DNA of 57,989 nt, taken from positions 1 to 57,989 of the IMG/VR virus record IMGVR_UViG_3300044635_001982, one strand, 5' to 3'. The position numbers and the translations under genes are program-made. Shown in pieces: positions 12,201 to 19,253 of the stretch; position 1 is the stretch's first letter; every line of letters begins with the position of its first letter. Below the pieces are notes generated by a model that saw only the letters and a list, made by a program, of their open reading frames with translations, was not told where the DNA came from and made no database searches. This DNA comes from a virus. Taxonomy: Duplodnaviria; Caudoviricetes.

Positions 12201-15200
12201 CGGCGGGACTGGAGCAGCGCGACGGGCGGGTGCTGCGGCAGGGCAATCTGCACATGGACATGAAGATTCCCATCGAGCTGATCCGCTATGGGATGAAGGA
12301 CACGCTCGACGAGGCGCTGTGGGGCATCCTGGAGCGCAAGCAGCGGTTCATCGTCTCGGCGCTTTCGGGCAAGCTGAACGGGCGGGAGATCGAGGAGGAT
12401 GAGATGACGCTCAACCTCGGCCAGCAGATGGCGATTTTGAGCGGTCCCTACGGGCAGGAGATGTTTGAGACGGACAACCGCATCCGCGAACTCGAATACA
12501 GCCGGCAGGCGCACGCCAGCTCGGTGCGGCGGCGGGATGAGGAGATCGCCGACGCGAAGAAGCAAGTGCGCTCGCTGGAAATGGAGCGCACGGGGAATGA
12601 GCCCAAGTGGGCCAAGCTGGACCGGCTGGCCGCGGCGGTGCAAAAGGACGGCGCGCTGCTGACGGTGGACGGGGAGGCATTCGAGACGAAGAAAGCGATG
12701 CTCGAAGCGGTGAACGCGGAGATACAGACGGCGCGGCAGGAATTTGAGAAGCGGGCGGAACTCGACAAGAAAGCAGTGCCGCCGACGCTGACGAGCATCG
12801 TGGCAAACGGCGTGCCGCTGCGGCTGGAGGGACGGCCCTACACGCAAACGATCTACGGGGAGGAGCAGCAAGCCGTGGGCGAAAAGGTGACGATGGATTT
12901 CCTGCTGGAAGGCCAGCGGTGGAACGGGCGGTTCACGGATGAGAACCATTTCGGCGAGGTGAAGAGCGCGGCCACGCTGGTCTCCCGGCTCGAAGAGCTG
13001 GGCGAGCGGGTGCAGGGGCGGCGGGACAGCCTGCGGCGCAATCTCGACCGCTATACGGCGCTGGCGAATATGGAGCGGCTGGGGGCGTGGGCGCATCAGG
13101 AGGAGTTTGACCGGAAGACGGCGCGGGCGGCGGAGCTGCTGGGGCTGATGCGGGGGGCGGCGGCGGCGGCGGCCCCGACCGCGACGACGGATGAGGCGGA
13201 GCCGCAGGCACCGCGAGAAGGAGAGTCCGATGAGGATTGGGCTCAGCGAAATGCCGCATGGCAGGCCGCGCAGGCTTCGACGGCGGAGAGTGATGCGGAC
13301 ATGGTGCTGGGGGCGGCGCGGGTGGGGGAGGAGGAGCGGATTGCGTCGGTGGCCGTGAAGCGCGCGGATGGGAAAGTGTTCACGGGCAACGGAACCCATT
13401 GGGATGTGTACGATGACGCCTTTGCTGGTGATCCCGCGTATGAGTCGAACAACTGGGAATTGCCGCCGGGAACCGTCGATGGGTTCACGACGACTAACGG
13501 CCGGTTTCTTGACCGGGAGGACGCTTACTCCCTGGCGCAGAAGTATCTCGATCTTCCGAGCGATGGGGCTTACGCGAAGATTGGAGGATTGGAGAGCGAA
13601 GAGTTTTACCACTCGGAAACCGAGGCGGGGTTAATGCGCGGGCAGTCGCTCGGGGCTTCGCAGGTGACGGATTCCGGGCGGGCGGAAATGCGGGTGAAGG
13701 ACGAACGGCGAATGGCGAATGACGCGCTGCAGCCGGCGAAGTCGGTGGCGGAGCTGGTGAAGGAGAACATGGGGCTGGCGGTGACGATCGCGAATGCCTA
13801 CCGGAACATTCCGGGGCACGATTGGGACAACGTGCTGGGCGAGGCGCGGAAGGCGCTGGTGAAGGCGGCGCGGGGTTTCGATGCTGACCGGGGCGGGGCT
13901 CCGTTTGGGGCGTATGCGGGGACGGCGATTCGGAACACGCTGAACAATCTTTTCAACAAGAACGCGCGGACGGCGGCGCGGGAGGTGGCGAGCGCGGATG
14001 AGGAGGGAGAGAATGAGGGAGAGGGAGAGAGTCTGAAAAACAGGCTGGTGGATGAGGGCGCGCGGGCGCGCGTGAGCGGGGGCATCGAGGGCCGCGAGAC
14101 GAGCGCGGAACTGGCGGAGGCGATGGCGGGGCTGCCGGATCGGGTGCGGACGGTGCTGACGATGCACGGCGAGGGTGCGGGGCTGCGGGAGATCGGGACG
14201 GCCATCGGGCTGAGCCACGAGATGGCGCGGCGGATTTTGGCGAATGGGACGAAGGCGGTGGAGGCGCGGCTGCGGGAGCGGGGGTTCAAGGGGGTGGATG
14301 AGGATGGGGTGCTGTATGCGGCGAAGGTGGACAAGTTGGAAGGAGTGGAGTTTTACCGGAGCGGAGCGACCACGGACGCGCTCCTCGACGCCTATCAGAA
14401 CACGGGCTCAAACATCGGCGTGGATGTGCAAACCCTTGGGAAGTCGCACGAGGAAAAGCTCACGCGCTACGCGAAGCGTGGCGGCAAGGTCTTTGTCGAT
14501 TCGGGCGCGTTCGGGGTGCGCCAGCGGGGCGGCGCGGTGGATTTCGAATTTGTCTTCGCGCGTTACGAGAAAATGCTCGGTGCCGCGGGCGACGGGGCCG
14601 CAAACTTCAGCCTGGTCATGCCGGACGTGATCGGGGATCAAGCGGGGACGCTGTCTTTGGTGCGGCGGTATGCGGACCGGATTCGCATGATTGCGAGGCG
14701 CGGGGCGCGGCTGATCGTTCCGGCGCAAACCGCGGGCGGCAGTCTCGACCTGGCTGAACTGGCGCAGAAATACGCGGACATCCTCAAGATTCCTTTCGCG
14801 CTCGGCATCCCCTCGAAGATGGACGCGACACCGCGCGCGGATGTGGTGGCATTCTTCGCAGAGGCCAAGCCTAACGATGTGCATTTGCTGGGGATCGGGG
14901 TAAATGCCGCGACGCAGCCGTATCTCGAAGCGCTGCGCGCCAATTCGCCGGGGACGAACCTGACGATGGATGCAACGTGGCATCGCGCCAAAGTCGGGCA
15001 GGGGCGTCCTATCACGGAAGTGCGCAACCAGCTTTTTAAGGACGCCGCCGATGACACGGAAATGGCGGCAAGCATTTACGTGGACGGGTGGGTGCCGACC
15101 GATGAAGAGGCGGATGTCATTCTCTCGGTCTATGGCGGAACGGCGCTCGGCGTGCGGCAGGCTGCGCTCAAGGGCGAACTTGGCGAGTATCTCGCCGGTC

Positions 15201-18200
15201 TCGATTACGGCGATCCCTACGGCAGCAAGTTAAAGGAACTGACGAACCGGATCACTCAACGCGAGAGCGGGCCGGATCTGACGCGGAGGGCCATTGAGCA
15301 AGTCGTCACGATGCTCGGAGCGGCGGCGGTGCATGACGCTGAGATCGGGGAGGAGGCGGATCGGATTGAGAACCCGCCGGCGGAGGCGGAGACGAGGCCG
15401 CAGGAATTTTTGAAGGAACTGGTGGTGCGGACGACGGCGGGGCGGCTGGATGCTTTGGATTACGTGGTGCCGGGGACGAAGAATCTGCTGACGGATGCGC
15501 ACATCAAGAACGCGAGGATCTCGGCGGCGCTGCGGATTTTCCGGGAGCGCATCGAGGAGAATGTGCGGCAGAGCTTTGGGTATCCGAGCTGGTGGCGGAA
15601 CGCGGGGAACGCGGCGCGGCTGAAGCGGTTCACGGCGGAGCTGCTGCCGACGGCGGCGCGGCTGAATGCGGTGGGGCAAAAGGCGGACGGGGCTTTTGAG
15701 TTTGCGTCGTTCTGGATGCGGGCCGGGGAGATCGGGGTGAAGCTGGGCGGGAATGGAAAGCCGGAGACGGATGCGAAGCGCATGGGGATGAACGGCGTGC
15801 CGGTGACTTTGCGCGAGGGCGTATTTATTCCAGGGCGGCATGGGGAGAAGCTGCGGGTGGGGAAGATGGTGGACACGATGACGGCGGGGCGGAGGCGGGT
15901 GTTCTGGCAGCTCGAACGCTTTGTGCCGGCGGCGGAGCAGGCGACGCTGCATGAGGCGTTTCATCAGCGCTACCCGGAGGCGGCGCACTGGCTGGATTCG
16001 TGGATCAATCCGCACCTCAAGGAGGCGCGGGTGGAGATCGGGGGGATCGAGCTGCCGGACTTCAACCGGTTTTCGCTGCGGGAATTCTGGGGCGAGATTT
16101 CGCCATTCGGCGAAGTGGGCGAGGTGAAGGGTTACACGCCGGACATTTTCCAGACGAAGAGCCTGGTGGGGATGCTCGCTGGCCGCGTGCGCGATCTGCT
16201 GAACCGGACGTGGACGGGGCCGGGGCGGGAATACAAAAGCGGCGAGGCGCGGGAGCGCGGGCAGGTGCGGAATCTTTTCGAGGGGTTCAATGCGCGGGCG
16301 GCGGAGGCGCACATGGAAACGGAGCGGCGGAAGCTGGCGGAGGCGCTGCTGAAAAAGGCGCTGGTGCCGATCCCCGAGGGCGGGGTGCCGAGCAACTTTG
16401 TGCGGTGGGATGAGGAGACGGTGGATCAACTGCTGCGCTCGTATCACGCGGTGCAGGGTCTGGACCCGGCGCAGTATGTGGCGCTGAAACGCAAGGTGCT
16501 GGAGGAGGCGCGCGGCGGAGGGACGGTGCCGGCGGATGCGGAACTCGGGCTCGCTTTCGACGCGGCGGACAGGGCGCGGATCGAGAAGCTGGCGGGGCGG
16601 ATCGCGGTGGAGGCGGCGGAGCACCGGGACAAGATGATTCACCGCACGGCGCTGGCGGAACTGCGGCGGCCGCTGGCGAGCCAATACATCAACAACGGGC
16701 TGCTGCGGATGATCGACGCGGGACTGCGGGGGGCGACGGGCGGCTATCTGGCGAACCCTTTCACGCTGGCGATGAACCAGGTCTCGAATGAGGTCTTCGT
16801 GACGATGCACACGTTGCGGCGGGCGCTGTATGGGGTGATGTCGCTGCCCTTTGACCGGAAGCAGGGGAAGCTGGGGCTGTATGAGGCGGGGAATCTTTTG
16901 AAGGGGGTCATCACCGACCGCTGGTATAACAAGCGGGTGCGCGAGCTGGTGCCGGATGAACTCTTTGACGGAAACAACCGGTTCAACTCGATCTCGACGG
17001 AAGACTTTGAAAAGTCGCCGATGGAACTGCTGCGGGAATTGAACGTGGCGGGCGCGGTGCTGAAAGGGATGCGCTACGGCAACGTGGACGCGCGGGCGAA
17101 ACAGCGGATCGCTTTTGCGAGCTACATGGCGCACGCGCGGCTGGCGTGGGATGAGGCGAAAGCGGCGGGCAAGGTGGGCGAGGGCGTGAGCAAGGGGGAG
17201 TGGATGAAGGACTGGGTGCAGAACCTCGCGCCGGACGCGGTGCATCGGAGCGCGTATTACGCGGCGATGCTGGTGGCCCTGGACTACGTGAACGTGGCCC
17301 CGGCGCTGGATGAGACGAACCAGGTGATGATGGGCGGGCGCGATGTGACGGCGGAGGTGAACATGCTGCGGCGGGGGATCACGCCGTTTGCGAAGTTTCC
17401 CTACAACCTGGCGCGGCAGGGCAAGCGGTTCACTTTCGACTCGCTGCGGGATTTGCTGCCGGGGAATGCGCAGGTGAGCGGGATCGAGCTGACGCGCGGC
17501 GGGGAGACGACATGGGCGCAGAAACGGCAGGCGGTGGCAAACCTGACGATGATGGGAATGATGTATCTGCTGGCGCGGGCGATGATGGATGACGACGACG
17601 ACGGGACGCCGAAGCTGGGGCGCGAACTGGACGACCTCGGGCGGCGGCTGGAAGGCGCGTACCAGACGAGCGGGAGAATCAACATCACGGACACGCCGAT
17701 CGGGCGGACGATCTCCGCGGCGTTGGACATGATGGGGCTGCACGATCTGGCGGATGCCGATGCGTGGATGCGGATTCGCGCGCTGCCGTATGCGTCGAGC
17801 GCGGTGGCGCTGGCGACGATGGAGCAGGCGGTGAAGGGGAATCCGGCCGGGCAGGAAATGGAGGCGAACGCGACAGCGGTGCTGAGCGACATGGTGAGCG
17901 AGGGGCTTTTGCTGAAAATGGTGAACGCGCTGCGCGACGCGAAGGGGCCGTATGACAAGGGGAAGAATACGAGCTTCATGGCGGGGGAGACGGGCTTTGA
18001 TCTGGTGACGGGGCGCTTCATCCCGCCGCCGCTGCTGCGCACGGTTGGGGCGCTGGTGGACCCGATCTCGCGGCGGTCGAGGCCGGTGGCGAGCCTGGAC
18101 TACGATCCGGGGCTGCTGACGGCGATCAAGATGAAGCTGCCGGGCGCGGCGAAAGACCTGCCGCCGAGCGGGCGGGTGGTGATCGGCGCGGACGGGAGTG

Positions 18201-18421
18201 AGAAGAGCGAGGCGGCGGTGGCGGAGCTGCTGGCGCGCGAGCTGCCGGAGGGTTCCTTCCGGCACTACGTGGACGCGAAGGGGAAGGCCAAGGTGGCTTA
18301 CGTGATGCCGGACAAGGTGAACGTGCGCCCGCGGGTGCTGGAGCTTTTCCGGGCGTTCGGAATGAACGTGAAGTTTCTCGATCGGGACGAGTATGCGCGC
18401 GAGGTCGCGGCGCTCGAATGA
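227..18421 (+). CDS. Giant polyvalent (DarB-like) virion/ejection protein, 6064 aa
   Basis: Domains in order: zincin-like EEKWH...HE (about 4187); ddrB-like ParB (LSGNGRTMAL, about 4600-5500); RelA/SpoT-type nucleotidyltransferase (DVVRG, GYSD, EIQV, about 6100-6540); ParB/Srx-like (IDGHHRW); N6-adenine MTase (ATGIGHFFG, NVPF); SNF2 helicase (HGVGGGKT, DEVH, TGTP, QRDGR); sigma70 r2/r4; TGT/DpdA-like (DSGAF, PDVIGD, HLLG); and a helical C-terminal region. Confidence 0.92.
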   Translation: MGQGNFDSGDEDYEDIVQRRVSPQDVLAAQRGANAAAAQKAAGASDVPEAVQPKSAVEELRVEGPKRGDTPEDFWARQNEAVARGVLPTARPADANEAGRQQREAETGLRQKQAELDAETRARQQQARAREAEAAAAARGGAAQARADAAAKAKAARGALQNFKRAGGLTEYDEAGNEVPKMQPHPYPQQGPTPTGEPLQTPDVPAFTPGPTGEPPVQDKAGNWVVPHRNEYGGVDAMPVERSPHFHEDQTTGERYYTHKGQKIPLGANANLVERNKLKATQVELERDNMQERIDLGDARLRAAEAKEGMKPFAAQVKTAETQIANLEKTLAVAKGKGRELVEKRLAEARAVLADPNYLAAKAKLDAAEAEIGTRQKSILDRREQALEVVRNLDKLKAARNLPPGTVLRPAKAEELFPPEALTTDAGGRRSVSRDAVEAQVAALVAQGRGPEMQGPPAPGARVPEKVPTSHIAGYGAYLEQLRASGIEAVGGKPIAQEIEQANEQQKKLRAMGIIAEKVSESGAVSMAKFSALPDAERAAFLQGLPAAQRAPFAKTLATFRAMAVMEAVGLQNADQAFAMLSPEQKALVKEQIGREGMQQLGQLAQMRAQRESDQARVEGKAAAYEASGIGGKVWANAVALYGGATKGLGALVTAPPRIYGMLFQNGAIKDRAGIQWADNVDAILDETYSGGKSTEIADMAGNLIGSTLSFLIPTGLVGQGLRAGGVGAKAAQGAALATTALAGSVINGAGSVAESTALGLTDEETWKRFLLAAPLGASEALGLPRGMQRMVNGMIQLDRATQGSFKRLLVSMGREGLQQVPEEVLQEAGNALVIGLGDMAMGIRSRVDERTGERRVPTVADVLTQTVESGLQGAAGALMFGAVFAANAHEKDRARLRDYARALETDGGYAVMHDLLGELRGQMNTARAEGREDEVHALKDRIEQAQFALGEAAKKVTKIEPTAREAMARTIAPEFDLAGADRQLDGNETLRFAAVEIGRAMRGAYPGAAASGQGGAQAALDQMLGVHVVATDLTGVLNGGMIEAGKAAALERLGLLETEQQADGSTVMRVTDDALALFPPALRDAVANDTTGKYNFKVTAGTPGQLVNNLVKSGEDRLAAEARAKSAQAGPASSPGSAAAPATGGTIPAAEGAGQGQTSGGSAPQFRVRLKVELPGGVARTQPVTVSAANAAEAVQIAVAQARGSAPQGAKIAVAGKVEAVTGEVTGVTANVTGSRGDVTDDAAEVNRARQVFARTYDAARPLLLKLGVGKVVEDRTMSGGMAVDKGVLRFNPDQLAMMIRLKRDAGMSEEDAVALVMDEEKWHAVGLTVINQREAEEIVRTAPKRMIKAARKIYNGWDNLNAWQQGHELVRMVLQGRYAGTLTEQIHKAIEKIAAWFKKRAEELPDDAPLIRAAARIEARLAEISADERMDIDSTNDSPTDEDFSQDSGAEFQISTPQGGVKVRGRWRVVEASELTTSDRPQYNAELQRRDRGRSASQAQVAEIAFALDPTRLGESATSDTGAPIINARGEVLSGNGRTMALRQVYERGATKAAEYRAFVEQMADKLGIADQLAGMRNPVLVREVTDFGKSNETEFADLSNRSQLLGRSAVETAMDDGRMLVDEGLLDQFQPGEDGDVFTAGNRQFNRLFVQHTADRAQLLKGDGSFAPELEGRIRRAVLAAIMANAPESAEAVTSALERADKLGLTRQVTGIMAAAGRLLKLRTTNPEMDIAAPLAEALAGAIEAKGLIESGKAKGIEDALGQGVLFGEPSEAAKILTRELLERTSAKAVREMLGEYARVAESVASGPTMFGDETPGMTPAEVLENIVNAGAREKARANAARGLREALGAAAVVDTYAPRYEQIDAKKPWLKPVTAAMRALPVPVQTAILQANDAGKLPAVPAELAPLISNANAAYEANLKREMAGLKPAWEAYRKEFTKEVTDWYDREVSAVAEDTGTLPMVGVALKGDRGMEKALADARLNGTEPDVTTINDVVRGSIVALNDAGVQAAVAAIQARFEIVKHKDRFATPLDGYSDHAFTIRLPNGRKAEIQVHRVDLLFAKEVGVGHGIYEGLRSAWAAYGVTKNAALEPWIAAQQQANADFYGSVVAAFLNSSSVPTSASPISALATPAAAMPSTAEPSGLRNPGDPGIRASIRPESSFRNSVPRGNLSGSFSSLISTQIIQGEEGSVNAGPLFAAKVEPKKLRELFDAAADEPGPMDIAGGLDVAGYPGLFGGGLGVSRADMPQLPKEFRARFLAWLEKRGIGHSDKTVSALRLKATQRELDAVRIGRVLRSERELSRGFVSADGYVIDGHHRWAAQIAEGFTTGRMGMDVTEIGLPIRGALAAMRAFNAEHGIVPKPIEGEMSPVLGASRVKDTGTMDLFATPAVQTAATAYVKAAAKSNVVSKKDFVFKAKADGLGEVAEDLFSFAVKNPPALTVSSDAGKSQQPYENPPTAHGRPSSESAPSGALDDLFGIMAGKREAERGAGAAGGAEGGAAAGSGQSDVGSDGVSADGLPEPGGATAAGERGGGVEAGSAELGGRGGRGGTGPGTGQSADAGRDGTDRGTGPAVADRLPPLVERTTDPDARNHVIERGAEIAPRGLITKLKANIKAVKLLKAIQSARRNATAEEKAALVQFTGWGALSQAFDQTKADYIAGGHLDRDRKDLARYQQMQKADMDAGRTGDYYKELVERSEGTIRGYEGWEKKWSGYYAQIKEALTEPEWRRARASTINAHYTSGGMVSLMWDAATRLGFRGGNVGEMATGIGHFFGLMPQSLQDRSKLFGVEMDPVSAGIAQLLYPEADIQNAAFQQADVADNSLDLNIGNVPFANIAITDAAIKALDGPLDNLHDYYFAKMLQKTRPGGLIVAITSAFTMDKMTATNRKWLATRADLVGAFRLPNTAFKENAGTDVVTDIIILRKKDGNAFEHGKDWTMLAESRTAKGVPIRVNEYFAAHPQNVLGLLADDGEMFAGRDGETKEMTVHPDPTRPADVALAQAIDALPADIVGAAAGTSVRGGAASGVKMGNIVRGKDGNFYFNTGGEPTAMMTESDAELNKPANRPRVLGFMGVRDALNRQYELELSPTASAEAIEENREELNRLYDNYTRRFENFHHRSNKALLIDDPDYFRLAGAEVEQRAKGGIKALVAMVRGKAAKVYVKADVFSKRVLSPRVEPTSADSIEDAMGMSLGWRGRVDTGYIAQLTGQTREQVEAALLEREIVLRDPDTGQIQSREQYLSGNVRKKLEIARAAGGAFARNVKLLEAAQPADVGIADIKFSVGATWIPAAIYRQFMQSLGLDVTVNYTTVGGGADHWTVENPTRVSADSVRYKDFDAGRFTADAMLDALLNMRRIEIRDSARDGGKVNPEATALAVNKANEFKAEFERWARDTPGVADELAATYNREVNGFALRTYDGQHLTFPWASNDFNIFPDKKNTVWRAIQEGFGLIAHGVGGGKTIVGSAIALELRRLGLARKPMIVVHNATLEQFADTIAQIAPASRVLVGRKDELKGAKRKEFLMRIAAGDWDAVVVAHSTFNLIADDPAFMQKQMEGLVDELTEALMGAGYNDLGAAKDDRKKNASVKQMVRMLEQLEAKIAEASKRTADTELLSFQQLGVDALIVDEVHKFKKLPFATKLDVKGIDGGMSKSGYGLLMRARGIQEKAGGKNVFTMTGTPVTNTLGEVWNQVRLVAPHLLKEYGIEKFDQFVSKFATVESKSEADPSGARKMVERLAKIINLPEWATFFRMAADVKFGDDMVTAGRPDVKGGKAELVAVERTQGATAWVNYIRAVLAAVPAARSEAMRDKDWERVNRIGAIPVTAYQASRAAAIDIRLVEPRAKDEPGSKVNLMIERAMGIYKATDSYQGTQVIFADAMNPTRISLFDQVMPLNNLAIELDPLKEPGTTFHLYDDIRMKLIARGVPEAQIAVLTDKKFQGDSGEVAKKKLWEKVNAGEVRFVMGSTEKLGTGVNMQRLMAAAHHLDVPWTPAGLEQRDGRVLRQGNLHMDMKIPIELIRYGMKDTLDEALWGILERKQRFIVSALSGKLNGREIEEDEMTLNLGQQMAILSGPYGQEMFETDNRIRELEYSRQAHASSVRRRDEEIADAKKQVRSLEMERTGNEPKWAKLDRLAAAVQKDGALLTVDGEAFETKKAMLEAVNAEIQTARQEFEKRAELDKKAVPPTLTSIVANGVPLRLEGRPYTQTIYGEEQQAVGEKVTMDFLLEGQRWNGRFTDENHFGEVKSAATLVSRLEELGERVQGRRDSLRRNLDRYTALANMERLGAWAHQEEFDRKTARAAELLGLMRGAAAAAAPTATTDEAEPQAPREGESDEDWAQRNAAWQAAQASTAESDADMVLGAARVGEEERIASVAVKRADGKVFTGNGTHWDVYDDAFAGDPAYESNNWELPPGTVDGFTTTNGRFLDREDAYSLAQKYLDLPSDGAYAKIGGLESEEFYHSETEAGLMRGQSLGASQVTDSGRAEMRVKDERRMANDALQPAKSVAELVKENMGLAVTIANAYRNIPGHDWDNVLGEARKALVKAARGFDADRGGAPFGAYAGTAIRNTLNNLFNKNARTAAREVASADEEGENEGEGESLKNRLVDEGARARVSGGIEGRETSAELAEAMAGLPDRVRTVLTMHGEGAGLREIGTAIGLSHEMARRILANGTKAVEARLRERGFKGVDEDGVLYAAKVDKLEGVEFYRSGATTDALLDAYQNTGSNIGVDVQTLGKSHEEKLTRYAKRGGKVFVDSGAFGVRQRGGAVDFEFVFARYEKMLGAAGDGAANFSLVMPDVIGDQAGTLSLVRRYADRIRMIARRGARLIVPAQTAGGSLDLAELAQKYADILKIPFALGIPSKMDATPRADVVAFFAEAKPNDVHLLGIGVNAATQPYLEALRANSPGTNLTMDATWHRAKVGQGRPITEVRNQLFKDAADDTEMAASIYVDGWVPTDEEADVILSVYGGTALGVRQAALKGELGEYLAGLDYGDPYGSKLKELTNRITQRESGPDLTRRAIEQVVTMLGAAAVHDAEIGEEADRIENPPAEAETRPQEFLKELVVRTTAGRLDALDYVVPGTKNLLTDAHIKNARISAALRIFRERIEENVRQSFGYPSWWRNAGNAARLKRFTAELLPTAARLNAVGQKADGAFEFASFWMRAGEIGVKLGGNGKPETDAKRMGMNGVPVTLREGVFIPGRHGEKLRVGKMVDTMTAGRRRVFWQLERFVPAAEQATLHEAFHQRYPEAAHWLDSWINPHLKEARVEIGGIELPDFNRFSLREFWGEISPFGEVGEVKGYTPDIFQTKSLVGMLAGRVRDLLNRTWTGPGREYKSGEARERGQVRNLFEGFNARAAEAHMETERRKLAEALLKKALVPIPEGGVPSNFVRWDEETVDQLLRSYHAVQGLDPAQYVALKRKVLEEARGGGTVPADAELGLAFDAADRARIEKLAGRIAVEAAEHRDKMIHRTALAELRRPLASQYINNGLLRMIDAGLRGATGGYLANPFTLAMNQVSNEVFVTMHTLRRALYGVMSLPFDRKQGKLGLYEAGNLLKGVITDRWYNKRVRELVPDELFDGNNRFNSISTEDFEKSPMELLRELNVAGAVLKGMRYGNVDARAKQRIAFASYMAHARLAWDEAKAAGKVGEGVSKGEWMKDWVQNLAPDAVHRSAYYAAMLVALDYVNVAPALDETNQVMMGGRDVTAEVNMLRRGITPFAKFPYNLARQGKRFTFDSLRDLLPGNAQVSGIELTRGGETTWAQKRQAVANLTMMGMMYLLARAMMDDDDDGTPKLGRELDDLGRRLEGAYQTSGRINITDTPIGRTISAALDMMGLHDLADADAWMRIRALPYASSAVALATMEQAVKGNPAGQEMEANATAVLSDMVSEGLLLKMVNALRDAKGPYDKGKNTSFMAGETGFDLVTGRFIPPPLLRTVGALVDPISRRSRPVASLDYDPGLLTAIKMKLPGAAKDLPPSGRVVIGADGSEKSEAAVAELLARELPEGSFRHYVDAKGKAKVAYVMPDKVNVRPRVLELFRAFGMNVKFLDRDEYAREVAALE
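6547..6771 (-). CDS. Nested antisense small protein (74-76 aa), candidate antitoxin of the RelA/SpoT module
   Basis: MSELKLPERFPRGTEFLKLDSGRMLARIPG... reads like a globular protein, while the host frame here is an S/P/A-rich linker. It has its own promoter immediately upstream. An alternative GTG start is at 6777. Confidence 0.75.
   Translation of the reverse strand: MSELKLPERFPRGTEFLKLDSGRMLARIPGSPGFLRPDGSAVEGMAAAGVARALMGDAEVGTEEEFRNAATTLP
6782..6810 (-). promoter_or_regulatory. sigma70 promoter inside the giant CDS driving the antisense gene
   Basis: The minus strand reads TTGACG-N17-TATGAT and ends 4-10 nt before the GTG/ATG. Confidence 0.75.
7590..7955 (+). CDS. Nested out-of-frame protein (121 aa), helical/acidic, loosely TnpV-like
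   Basis: MKTLPPLTDDLRPNLRRQALWTTCLESWLGSVKPSEARALL... overlaps a G/A/R-rich low-complexity linker of the host frame. TTGACG-N17-TAAGTC lies at 7550-7578. Confidence 0.65.
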   Translation: MKTLPPLTDDLRPNLRRQALWTTCLESWLGSVKPSEARALLAGPKEALLREVDNLTWAVMAFLLTAYPNPEEQLLPANVAEALKQEAPNWEDAADAEELDREQDNPLTPEETARIEALAPQ

Positions 18422-18493
18422 GGGGGAGGGAATTTAGCATTTAGGAAGTGGGGGCTTGCGCAAACGGAAGCCGGAGGATTTAAGTGGGCGCTT

Positions 18494-18625
18494 ATGGCAA
18501 CCAAAACCAAATCCGCTCCGACCAAAGCCCCCAAGACGACTCCCGTGATGGAGAAGCCCGCAATGGGCAAGCCTGCTCCCAAGGGGAAGCCGGCGACGAA
18601 GGGCGGCAAGGGCAAGGGCTACTAA
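18494..18625 (+). CDS. Small Lys/Pro-rich basic protein (43 aa), possible DNA-condensing peptide
   Basis: MATKTKSAPTKAPKTTPVMEKPAMGKPAPKGKPATKGGKGKGY; below the ORF-track size cutoff. Confidence 0.55.
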   Translation: MATKTKSAPTKAPKTTPVMEKPAMGKPAPKGKPATKGGKGKGY

Positions 18626-18863
18626 AAGCCCGGCGGAAAGCCTTCGCGGAGGCGGAACAACTCGCGCTGAGTCTCAGCGTGGAGCCGGGCCGGCTTGTGC
18701 AATCGAGCTTCCCTTGGCGGCTGCTGGAGGAGCGTCGCGAAAGGCAACGCGGGTGTCGCAAAAAGCGACGCGAGTGAACGGGCGGCTTACTTTTTGCGCG
18801 GCGGAATGAGGCGGGAGCAGGCGCGGCAGGGGCAGTGCCGGGCGGGGATGCCGAAGAGCGCGT

Positions 18864-19253
18864 TCAGGCAGTCTTCCGCGGGACGGGCAGGGAATCGGGC
18901 AGGCGGGCGGAGCGGAGGAGGAACCAGACGAGGGACCAGGCTTTGGCTCGCGCGGCTTTTTCCCCGGTGCGGCGGACGAGGATGGCGCGGCGGAGCGCCC
19001 AGAGGCGGGGCAGGCCGGCGAGCCGACGCCAGCGGGGCAGGGTGAGGAGGGCTTCGGTGGAGGCGCGGCATTGGCGGGTGGCGAGGAGTTCGGCTTTGAA
19101 AGCCCGGACGCAGGCGGGCAGGACGAGATAGCTGCGGGCGTGGCGGTAGAGCCCGCGCTGTCCGCGCCGCGGCGGGCCGTCGGTGATGCGGACGGGGTGC
19201 ATTTTGTGGCGCTGTCCGGAGTGGCCGCAGCCGCATTCGCAGGGGATCGTCAT
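18864..19253 (-). CDS. Hypothetical basic protein with N-terminal CECGCG
   Basis: ATGA overlap with the glycosyltransferase stop; 129 aa. Confidence 0.55.
   Translation of the reverse strand: MTIPCECGCGHSGQRHKMHPVRITDGPPRRGQRGLYRHARSYLVLPACVRAFKAELLATRQCRASTEALLTLPRWRRLAGLPRLWALRRAILVRRTGEKAARAKAWSLVWFLLRSARLPDSLPVPRKTA

Noticed and set aside
13243-13488. Antisense 81-aa ORF as a third nested gene
   Set aside because: The host frame here is a well-formed domain (GFTTTNGRFLDREDA), the antisense product is S/A/P-rich, and no promoter was seen.
218-18265. Very long minus-strand ORFs (218-3775, 7787-13612, 15230-18265 and others)
   Set aside because: Arg/His/Pro-rich shadow frames of the GC-rich giant gene, with no motifs or promoters.
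18455-18490. Class-L promoter before the 43-aa basic gene
   Set aside because: CTTGCGCAA is present, but the TA box is 17 nt away rather than 14, so it was not counted.
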